DNA from: Bacteroidia bacterium
GTDB lineage: Bacteria > Bacteroidota > Bacteroidia > UKL13-3
Length of the DNA: 64,000 bases
Assembly (NCBI GenBank): GCA_018058135.1
Contig: JAGPCK010000011.1
Coordinates: 6-64,005, forward strand
Direction: 5' to 3'
In this document: positions 9,035 through 16,737 of the stretch, piece by piece
How the letters are laid out: the number at the start of each line of letters is the position of its first letter
Position numbering within the stretch: the first letter of the stretch is position 1
The notes under the pieces: generated by a model
Told to the model about the DNA's origin: nothing
What the model saw: only the letters and a program-made list of their open reading frames with translations
The model's database searches: none
Made by a program: the position numbers and the translations under genes

Positions 9035-10416
9035 AATTGCTCGAAACGTGCCTGAAAGAATCTTAAATATTTAGGTTCGTAGACCATTTTTAAGCCTTTG
9101 ATTTTGTCTCTGCGCTCCAACACAGCAGCAGCTGATTCGGCAATTACATCCATGTGTGCCTGTGTATATACCCTGCGCGGAATGGTGAAACGTACCAACT
9201 CCAGTTTAGGATAATAATTTTCTCCGTTGGCTTTTCTTCCGGCTGAAACAATGCCACGTTCCATGGTGCGCACACCTGAGTCAATATAAATTTCAGCAGC
9301 CAGTGTTTGTGCAGGAAACTGGTCTTGGGTAAGGTGAGGCAAAAATGCTTTTGCGTCTACAAATATGCCATGTCCGCCAATTGGCTTCACAATAGGGATA
9401 CCGTATTCTTCCATTCGATGCCCCAGGTATTCTACCTGACCTACACGTGCCTTCTGGTGATGGTCGTCAACACTTTCACCAATGCCCACTGCAATAGCTT
9501 CCATGTCTCTTCCTGCCAATCCGCCATAAGTATGCAAGCCTTCATATACTACTACCATATTGCGTGCTTCTTCATACACGTCCCATTCATTGGTGGCCAT
9601 AAATCCGCCAATGTTTACCAGGGCATCTTTTTTGGCACTCATGGTAGCACCGTCAGTGAGTGAACAAATTTCCTTCACAATCTCTTTCACTGATTTTGTG
9701 CTGTAACCTTTTTCGCGCTGTTGAATGAAGTACGCATTTTCAGCTACACGGGTCATGTCGTGTATAATACGTATACCGTGTTTTTTGGTATAGGCTCTCA
9801 GCTCTTTCAGATTTTTGATGCTGATAGGCTGTCCGCCTGCCATGTTTACATTGGTGGCAATGCTCACATACGGAATTTTTTCAGCTCCGTATTTTTTTGC
9901 CAGAGCTTCGAGTTTATTCAGGTCAACGTTACCTTTAAAAGGATGTTCGTTGAGCGGGTCATGTGCCTCATCAATGATAATATCGTGGAATTTTCCTCCG
10001 GCCAATTCCTGGTGCAGACGGGTAGTAGTGAAATACATGTTTCCCGGAACGATGTCTCCTTTTTTGATGAGAATCTTTGACAGAATGTTTTCAGCACCAC
10101 GACCCTGGTGTGTGGGGATGATGTATTTGTAACCGTAATACTTCTGAATAGCGGCCTCCATTTTATAGTAGCTGCTGCTGCCCGCATAGGCTTCGTCACC
10201 TAACATAAAGGCACTCCATTGGCGGTCACTCATGGCATTGGTTCCGCTATCGGTTAGCAGATCAATGTATACATCTTCTGAACGAAGTAAAAAGGTGTTG
10301 TATCCTGCTTCTTTCAGGGCCTTTACCCGTTGGGTACGTGTGGTCATTTTGAGCAGTTCAATCATTTTCATTCTGTAGGGCTCGGCCCATGAACGTTTGA
10401 TCAGTTGTTTTTTCAT
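9031..10416 (-). CDS. tpl: Tyrosine phenol-lyase
   Basis: DLLTDSGT and PLP Lys motif MSAKKD, with TPL-type specificity motifs GNMYFTTT and LRFF. Confidence 0.9.
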   Translation of the reverse strand: MKKQLIKRSWAEPYRMKMIELLKMTTRTQRVKALKEAGYNTFLLRSEDVYIDLLTDSGTNAMSDRQWSAFMLGDEAYAGSSSYYKMEAAIQKYYGYKYIIPTHQGRGAENILSKILIKKGDIVPGNMYFTTTRLHQELAGGKFHDIIIDEAHDPLNEHPFKGNVDLNKLEALAKKYGAEKIPYVSIATNVNMAGGQPISIKNLKELRAYTKKHGIRIIHDMTRVAENAYFIQQREKGYSTKSVKEIVKEICSLTDGATMSAKKDALVNIGGFMATNEWDVYEEARNMVVVYEGLHTYGGLAGRDMEAIAVGIGESVDDHHQKARVGQVEYLGHRMEEYGIPIVKPIGGHGIFVDAKAFLPHLTQDQFPAQTLAAEIYIDSGVRTMERGIVSAGRKANGENYYPKLELVRFTIPRRVYTQAHMDVIAESAAAVLERRDKIKGLKMVYEPKYLRFFQARFEQL

Positions 10417-10433
10417 TTTTAGTGGGATTAATT

Positions 10434-10886
10434 TTACTCCTCAACAGTTTTAGCAGCCAGTTGAATATTTATTTTTAAAGAAGTGGTTGATTTAATAGAG
10501 TTGGAAATGAGGCAGGCTTTTTCGGCTTTCACCAGTATACGTTCTGCCTTTTCTCTGTCTTCTTCATTGCTCACCGTGAGGGTAGGTTCCAACTCTACGT
10601 GTGTCATGGCGTATCTGCCATCGGCTTTGGTCAGTATGCCTCTCGATTTACATTCAAAATCGATGTACTCAAATTTAGAAAACTCGGCAACAGCCAAAAA
10701 AGTTGTCATGAAACAGCTATTCACTGCTGCGGTAAACAAGTGTTCAGGCGACCATATTCCGTGCATGCCTCCGTTGAATTCAGGTGGTGTAGCAACAGTA
10801 ATGTGTTCATTTATTCCAGGAGCTTTCATGGTTCCTTTTTTTAGTTCCAGCCAGTTGATGCTTACTTCATATTCGTGTGATTCCAT
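10434..10886 (-). CDS. OsmC/Ohr-family protein
   Basis: SPEHLF..AVNSCF and AEKACLISNS supply the two conserved Cys. Confidence 0.9.
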   Translation of the reverse strand: MESHEYEVSINWLELKKGTMKAPGINEHITVATPPEFNGGMHGIWSPEHLFTAAVNSCFMTTFLAVAEFSKFEYIDFECKSRGILTKADGRYAMTHVELEPTLTVSNEEDREKAERILVKAEKACLISNSIKSTTSLKINIQLAAKTVEE

Positions 10887-10897
10887 GTGTAGGTAAA

Positions 10898-12283
10898 TTA
10901 TATTTTTTCAAATTTGGCAGTGAAGTGTCTTAAGAAAGGTGGTTCATAGGTTATGCGGTAACCGTGCTGTTGTTGGCACATGTCTAGAATGTCGTCAAAT
11001 ACATCCAGTACATAATCAATGTGGCTTTGTGTGTATACTCTTCTGGGAATAGCTAAACGTACCAGTTCATTTTTGGCCGGCACCAGTTTACCGTCTTTAT
11101 CGTAATGCCCGAACATTACACTGCCCACTTCCACACAGCGGATGCCGCCTTTGATGTACAGGTCGCACACCAAAGCCTGTCCCGGATATTCTTCCACAGA
11201 TATGGCCGGGTACAATTTTTTAGCATCAATGTAAACGGCATGTCCGCCAATGGGCCACACTACCGGAATACCTTTGGCTTTGAGGTGTTCACCCAGATAA
11301 GCGGTGCTTCGAATGCGGTAGTGCAGGTAATCGGCATCAAACACTTCTTTTAGTCCGATGGCAAGCGCTTCCATGTCTCTGCCCGATAAACCACCGTAGG
11401 TAGAAAAGCCTTCAGAGATAATGAGTAGGTTGGTACATTTGCGGGCCATCTCTTCATCGCGCAGGGTAAGCAATCCACCCATGTTTACGAGTCCGTCTTT
11501 TTTTGCGCTCATCACAAAAGCATCACCCAAACGCAACATTTCTTTGGCAATTTCTTCGTAGGTTTTGTTTTCATAGCCTTGCTCACGGTGTTGTACAAAG
11601 TAACTGTTCTCTGCAATACGACAGCCGTCTATCACCAGGAGCAATCCGTGTTCGTTACATATTTTGCGCAGGCCTTTTACATTGGCCATGCTCACCGGTT
11701 GGCCACCTGAGGAGTTGTTGGTAACGGTAATAATTACTGCGGCAATTTTTTCTTTACCGTACTCTTTGATGAGTTCCTGTAGTTTATCTAAGTCGATGTT
11801 TCCTTTAAAAGGTAAATCAGCCTGCGGGTCCAGTGCTTCTTCAGGCAGAATATCAATGGCTGTTGCTCCTGTAAATTCTATGTTGGCTCGTGTAGTATCA
11901 AAGTGTGTATTGCTGATGAATATTTTATCGGGTCCGCCCAATAGGCCATACAAGATGCGCTCTGCTGCACGGCCCTGGTGGGTGGGTAAAATGTAAGGCA
12001 TGCCGGTAAGTTCTTTTACCACACTTTCCAAGTGCACCCAACTTCTGGCACCGGCATAACTTTCATCTCCCATCATAATGCCACTCCATTGTTTGTCACT
12101 CATGGCACCGGTTCCGCTATCCGTGAGCAGGTCAATAAATACATCATCAGAGCGTAAAAGAAACGGATTGTTTCCTGCTTTTTCCAGAGCAGTTTTGCGG
12201 TATTCTTCTGTAGTAATTTTGAGCGGCTCCACCATTTTTATTTTAAACGGCTCCGCCAGCGTACGTAATCTGTTATTCTCCAT
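10898..12283 (-). CDS. tnaA: Tryptophanase (tryptophan indole-lyase)
   Basis: DLLTDSGT and MSAKKD, with tryptophanase-type motifs SNTHFDTT and LRHFT. Confidence 0.88.
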   Translation of the reverse strand: MENNRLRTLAEPFKIKMVEPLKITTEEYRKTALEKAGNNPFLLRSDDVFIDLLTDSGTGAMSDKQWSGIMMGDESYAGARSWVHLESVVKELTGMPYILPTHQGRAAERILYGLLGGPDKIFISNTHFDTTRANIEFTGATAIDILPEEALDPQADLPFKGNIDLDKLQELIKEYGKEKIAAVIITVTNNSSGGQPVSMANVKGLRKICNEHGLLLVIDGCRIAENSYFVQHREQGYENKTYEEIAKEMLRLGDAFVMSAKKDGLVNMGGLLTLRDEEMARKCTNLLIISEGFSTYGGLSGRDMEALAIGLKEVFDADYLHYRIRSTAYLGEHLKAKGIPVVWPIGGHAVYIDAKKLYPAISVEEYPGQALVCDLYIKGGIRCVEVGSVMFGHYDKDGKLVPAKNELVRLAIPRRVYTQSHIDYVLDVFDDILDMCQQQHGYRITYEPPFLRHFTAKFEKI

Positions 12284-13151
12284 TCGTTGTATAGTTGATT
12301 GTATTCAAATAATTTTTAAGTGATTCTTCCCACTGCGGCATCAGGTTAACACCTCTGCGTTTAAGAAGTGAATTTTCTAATACGGAATATTTGGGACGGG
12401 CAATTTTTGCAGGGAAATCCAATGAGTTGGCACTGTGTAATTTTACATCAGTATTGCTGTTGCGGAAAATGGCATCAGCAAATTCATACCAACTGCATTG
12501 TCCTTCAGAGGTCATGTGTGTAATTCCCTGCACATCGCTCGACAATAAGCGGGTTAACTGATTAGCCACATCAGCTGTAGCCGTGGGGGAAACAAATTCA
12601 TCATTTACCACCCGTACTTCCCCTTTTTCACGTGCGAGTTTCAGCATCAACTGAATGAAGTTTAGTCCGTTTTTTGCCCTGCACGGATGTGTGCCGTATA
12701 AAGCAGATACCCGGGCAATCATGTAATCACCTCCTTCTGCTTCAATCTTTTTTTCACCCATCAGTTTTGATAGACCGTAAACGTTTAACGGAGTGGCATT
12801 ATCTGATTCAGCATACGGTTTGTTTTGTTTACCGTCAAAAACATAATCGGTGCTGATGTGAATGAATCGTGCACTTCTGTACCGACACATGCGTGCCATA
12901 AACCCTGGTGCATCAGTATTGATTCGTTTGGCCATGGCCATATCCTTTTCGCAGGCATCTACATTGTGGAATGCTGCGGTATTAATAACTACCTGAGGTT
13001 GCACGCGCATAATCTGATTTTTTACTTCCATCAGATTGCCGATATCCAAGTCTTCGTGAGTTAAGCCGATTACGTCCTGACCGGCATTGGCCATGGAGGC
13101 TACAATATCAGCACCCAGTTGGCCATTTGCTCCTGTTACTAATATTTTCAT
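12273..13151 (-). CDS. rmlD: dTDP-4-dehydrorhamnose reductase
   Basis: GANGQLG, HISTDYVFDG, YGLSK (YxxxK) and RPKYSVL motifs. Confidence 0.92.
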   Translation of the reverse strand: MKILVTGANGQLGADIVASMANAGQDVIGLTHEDLDIGNLMEVKNQIMRVQPQVVINTAAFHNVDACEKDMAMAKRINTDAPGFMARMCRYRSARFIHISTDYVFDGKQNKPYAESDNATPLNVYGLSKLMGEKKIEAEGGDYMIARVSALYGTHPCRAKNGLNFIQLMLKLAREKGEVRVVNDEFVSPTATADVANQLTRLLSSDVQGITHMTSEGQCSWYEFADAIFRNSNTDVKLHSANSLDFPAKIARPKYSVLENSLLKRRGVNLMPQWEESLKNYLNTINYTTNGE

Positions 13152-14137
13152 GCGGTGAGAGTAAGGGAGTCAGACAACATTATTTTTTGGAATACATTGA
13201 TGTTGTAGTATTTTTCATCATCAAAGTTGCGGAATAAATCCACATGCTCATGTAGGTCACTGAGAATATCCAAATCATTTTGTAGAGGATTAAAGTTTAA
13301 GAGTTGTTTTGCTTTATCTGTACTTACCTTGTAGTTGCGGTAATCTTGTTTTTCCAGGTTTTTCACTGATATGTCGATGCCATATTTTTCTTTGATGAAG
13401 CTTACTACAGACAAAGCCAGCTCTCCGATGGTAGCGTTGAAGGAGCTGATGTTGAAAATGTGTCCACCGTTCAGCATGGCTTCAATGCCGTTGTGGTAAG
13501 CCACACACAAATCATTTAATCCCAAAACAGGCCGCCATATTTTATTGTTGCTGAGTGTGATTTCTCCTTTTTGAAGGGCGTTTTTGAACATGGTATTCAT
13601 GGCCAGATCTAACCGCATTCTGGGGCTGTATCCGCTCACAGTTCCTTGTCGGAAGCAGAGGACGGAAAAATTTTCATCGGCTATAGCCAGCAATGTTTGT
13701 TCACCCTGTAGTTTAGATACACCATAAGGATAGTTGCTCACTGCAATATCCTGTTCAGTAAATGTTCTGTTGTGTGTGTAGCCGTATACAGAGCAGGAAC
13801 TGGCAAACAGCATACGTTTTACTTCGGCATCTTTGGCAATGTAACCGATGTAGGCTGGCAGAGCAGTATTGTAAATGAAATTGGCTTTCGGGGAAAACTC
13901 CGCCATCGGGTCATTGGATAAGCCGGCCAGAAAAATGATGGCATCATAAGGAGCTACATCCTCCGGTTGCAGGTTAAAAATATCCATTTGCTTCACCGGA
14001 ATATCATCGGGCAAACTGTTGCCGAACCAGCACAGGTCAACCACATCAATATCGTATCCTGCTCTTTTAAGGTAAGGACATAATACACTGCCGATATATC
14101 CGCAGCCGCCCAGTACCAATATTTTTTTCTTGCTCAT
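13148..14137 (-). CDS. NAD-dependent nucleotide-sugar epimerase/dehydratase (extended SDR)
   Basis: GGCGYIG, ASSCSVYG and YGVSK motifs. Confidence 0.88.
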   Translation of the reverse strand: MSKKKILVLGGCGYIGSVLCPYLKRAGYDIDVVDLCWFGNSLPDDIPVKQMDIFNLQPEDVAPYDAIIFLAGLSNDPMAEFSPKANFIYNTALPAYIGYIAKDAEVKRMLFASSCSVYGYTHNRTFTEQDIAVSNYPYGVSKLQGEQTLLAIADENFSVLCFRQGTVSGYSPRMRLDLAMNTMFKNALQKGEITLSNNKIWRPVLGLNDLCVAYHNGIEAMLNGGHIFNISSFNATIGELALSVVSFIKEKYGIDISVKNLEKQDYRNYKVSTDKAKQLLNFNPLQNDLDILSDLHEHVDLFRNFDDEKYYNINVFQKIMLSDSLTLTA

Positions 14138-14145
14138 GGTGTTGT

Positions 14146-14709
14146 TTATTTAATCAAATTTGATGCAGGTGTGTTTAACCATTGGGCCAATGTTAGAGCG
14201 GTTGAATCTTTTGCCGAGAGCACAGGTGTAATGTCGGGCCACTCAATGCCCACCTCCGGATCGTTCCATAAAATACCTGATTCAGCTTTGTTGCTGTATA
14301 TGCCGGTACACTTGTACTGTATTTCGGCAAAGTCGCTGGTTACACAAAACCCACGTGCAAATCCGGCAGGCGCCCAAACCATTTTTTTATTTTTAGCTGA
14401 TACGTATTCTCCGTACCACTGCCCCAATGATGGAGAGTTTTTGCGAATGTCAACAGCAACCAGAAAAGCTTCTCCCACTGTAACGCGCATCAGTTTGCCC
14501 ATAGGAGGTTCCCATTGAAAATGTAACCCACGCACCACACCATACGAGGAGCGGGAGTGATTGTCCTGCACAAATTCATCTGTTATGCCCAATGTTTGGA
14601 ATTGATCTTTACGGTATACTTCAGTGAAGAAGCCTCGATCGTCTTCGAATACTTCAGGTTGTAACACCATCAGTCCGTTTAATGCTTCGTTAATCAGTTG
14701 AATATTCAT
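14146..14709 (-). CDS. rmlC: dTDP-4-dehydrorhamnose 3,5-epimerase
   Basis: FEDDRGFF, QDNHSRS, RGLHFQ and VDIR motifs. Confidence 0.93.
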   Translation of the reverse strand: MNIQLINEALNGLMVLQPEVFEDDRGFFTEVYRKDQFQTLGITDEFVQDNHSRSSYGVVRGLHFQWEPPMGKLMRVTVGEAFLVAVDIRKNSPSLGQWYGEYVSAKNKKMVWAPAGFARGFCVTSDFAEIQYKCTGIYSNKAESGILWNDPEVGIEWPDITPVLSAKDSTALTLAQWLNTPASNLIK

Positions 14710-15751
14710 AAGGAGTATAGTTTTTTAATTGAGTGCAGGTCTTTCTTTTTTTGCCGAAGTATTCCCACACGATGCTGCCATTGTACAGAAAACGTTTTAC
14801 TTCGTTATCAGTAACCGTACGCATACGTTGCACCGATTTTCTTTTACGTAGAATAAGAAGAGGATTTAACAGTAACCACGCATGGGCCTTCAGTATTCCG
14901 CCAACGGTCGTGAAGTCGCGCTGGAGCAGTGATTGTGCGATAACAATATAATCGAGCAGAAAGTGAACCGGTACATATCGCAATACGTTTTTGCATTCGT
15001 AGTTCTTGAGCATAATGTATAAGGAGTTGCGGTGGTTCCAGTATACCTTCCTGAAACTTTTTGTTTGAATGGTGGCACCTCCTATGTGATGAATAACAGA
15101 AAGCGGTTGTACCACCGTTTTGAAACCACACATTCTCATGCGCCAACACAGGTCTATTTCATCCATGTGGTGAACGATGGTTTCGTCCAGTGTGTCGGTT
15201 ACCTCCAATGCTTCTTTGCGAATGAACATGGCTGCCCCGCTGGTCCAGAAGATTTCGCTTACATCATCGTATTGTCCGTTGTCCTCTTCTATGGTGTTGA
15301 ACAACCTGCCACGTAGAAAGGGGTAGCCGAAAACATCCATCATGCCACCTGATGCACCGGCATATTCAAATTTTTTGTTATCAAAGTAGGAAACAATTTT
15401 GGGTTGAATGGCCGCAATTTTTTCATCCGACTCGGCCAGTTGTACCAGGTGTTCTATCCACTGCGGATGTACGGTTACATCATTGTTGAGGCAGATAAAG
15501 TATTTTCCTTTGCCTGCGGAGAAACCTAAATTGTAGGCTGCACAATATCCGTTATTCAGTTTGTTCTGAATAATATTGATTTGCGGGTAGTGTTGTTTGA
15601 GCCAGCTTACGTCATCATCTGTTGATGCGTTGTCGAGTACGTGTATCTTTTTGTTGGGATAGCTGCAGTTGATAACAGAATCAAGGCATTCTTTCAGGAA
15701 TTTTTTGCCATTGTAATTCAGTATCACCACATCTGTTTCCGGGTACTCCAT
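14690..15751 (-). CDS. Glycosyltransferase family 2 (WbbL-like, possible rhamnosyltransferase)
   Basis: VILNYNG, DNAS, CLNND, SGAAMFIR and EIDLCWR motifs. Confidence 0.88.
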   Translation of the reverse strand: MEYPETDVVILNYNGKKFLKECLDSVINCSYPNKKIHVLDNASTDDDVSWLKQHYPQINIIQNKLNNGYCAAYNLGFSAGKGKYFICLNNDVTVHPQWIEHLVQLAESDEKIAAIQPKIVSYFDNKKFEYAGASGGMMDVFGYPFLRGRLFNTIEEDNGQYDDVSEIFWTSGAAMFIRKEALEVTDTLDETIVHHMDEIDLCWRMRMCGFKTVVQPLSVIHHIGGATIQTKSFRKVYWNHRNSLYIMLKNYECKNVLRYVPVHFLLDYIVIAQSLLQRDFTTVGGILKAHAWLLLNPLLILRKRKSVQRMRTVTDNEVKRFLYNGSIVWEYFGKKRKTCTQLKNYTPYEYSTD

Positions 15752-15801
15752 AACGCTCGTTTTTGATTCTTCGAAATACGGGCGGGAGCAACGTTGAAAA
15801 G

Positions 15802-15815
15802 TTGACCTTAGTCAA
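15802..15815. promoter_or_regulatory. FNR-type operator TTGAC-N4-GTCAA (site 2), upstream of the 11-gene operon
   Basis: TTGACCTTAGTCAA lies 50 bp upstream of the GT2 start. A variant, ATGATATTGGTCAC, follows at 15824-15837. Confidence 0.75.
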
Positions 15816-15836
15816 CATACTACATGATATTGGTCA

Positions 15837-16544
15837 CTAATCTTCAGTAGAAGACAGTTCGAGCAACTTGTTTTTGTTAAGAATGCGAATTTGTTTTTTA
15901 ATGAGTTGGATGAGTCCTTCTTCATCCCACTGATGTAGTGTGCGCACAGTGGTTTCCACCGCTATGCCGGTTATTCCGGCAATTTCTTCGCGGGTAAGGT
16001 GTATATTAATATAGCCTTCTTCTGTTTTGCCAAAGGATTGTTCCAGCAGAAGTAAGGTTTCAGCCAATCGCTCTTTGCTTGATTTTTGTAACAGGTTAAG
16101 TGCCCTGGTTTCAGCGTCACTGGTGTCGGCTGCAATCTTTGACATGATGTCGAGCGTAAAGTTTACGTTATGGGTAATAAACTCCAGAATTTTTTCTTTG
16201 GGAATAAAACAGATGATACTGTCTTCCATAGTTTCAGCAGTGGCAATGTAACGCCCGTTGCCCAATAAACCCCTGTAGCCTATCAGATCAGCTGATTTGG
16301 CTAAACGCACAATTTGTGTGCTTCCGTCATTCAGTGTTTTGTATAGTTTTACTTTCCCATCGTGTACACAATGCAATCCTTTTACTATATCGCCTTCGTG
16401 AAAGAGAATGTGCTTTTTCTTTACCTGAAAAGTGGTTTTGTGCTGATTGAGTGACTCCAGTTCATTCATGCGCAGGTTGCAAAAAGCTGAGGTGGCTTTG
16501 TGCTGGCAGCTGATGCAATCAATGGTATGGACTGTTTTTTTCAC
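15837..16544 (-). CDS. fnr: FNR-type Crp/Fnr regulator with N-terminal Cys cluster
   Basis: CISCQHKATSAFC plus an internal Cys (DSIICFIP), cNMP-binding fold and HTH (LTREEIA..ETTVR). Probable GTG start at 16544; the ORF track extends to 16667. Confidence 0.85.
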   Translation of the reverse strand: MKKTVHTIDCISCQHKATSAFCNLRMNELESLNQHKTTFQVKKKHILFHEGDIVKGLHCVHDGKVKLYKTLNDGSTQIVRLAKSADLIGYRGLLGNGRYIATAETMEDSIICFIPKEKILEFITHNVNFTLDIMSKIAADTSDAETRALNLLQKSSKERLAETLLLLEQSFGKTEEGYINIHLTREEIAGITGIAVETTVRTLHQWDEEGLIQLIKKQIRILNKNKLLELSSTED

Positions 16545-16653
16545 CGGAGTTACTTTGGTGCAAATATGTATAAATAAAGCCAAATATCTTTTTTCATTTT
16601 TATGATGCGGGTGATAAGCTGCATGGTGCCGGGAAATTTTTTGACAAAAAACA

Positions 16654-16667
16654 TTGACGCAGGTCAA
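16654..16667. promoter_or_regulatory. FNR-type operator TTGAC-N4-GTCAA (site 3)
   Basis: TTGACGCAGGTCAA lies in the divergent gap between fnr and the ~604-aa gene. Confidence 0.75.
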
Positions 16668-16737
16668 TTTTTTTGCAGGATAAATGGCGGTTTATTGACG
16701 GGTTTTAGTTTGAAGTATACTCTTGTCATTTAAAAAT

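Noticed and set aside
12284-12330. tnaC-type leader peptide for tnaA
   Set aside because: The tnaA start overlaps the rmlD stop, leaving no leader region.
16545-16667. 41-residue N-terminal extension of FNR given by the ORF track
   Set aside because: It runs across the divergent promoter and the operator itself; GTG 16544 places the Cys cluster near the N-terminus as in other FNRs.
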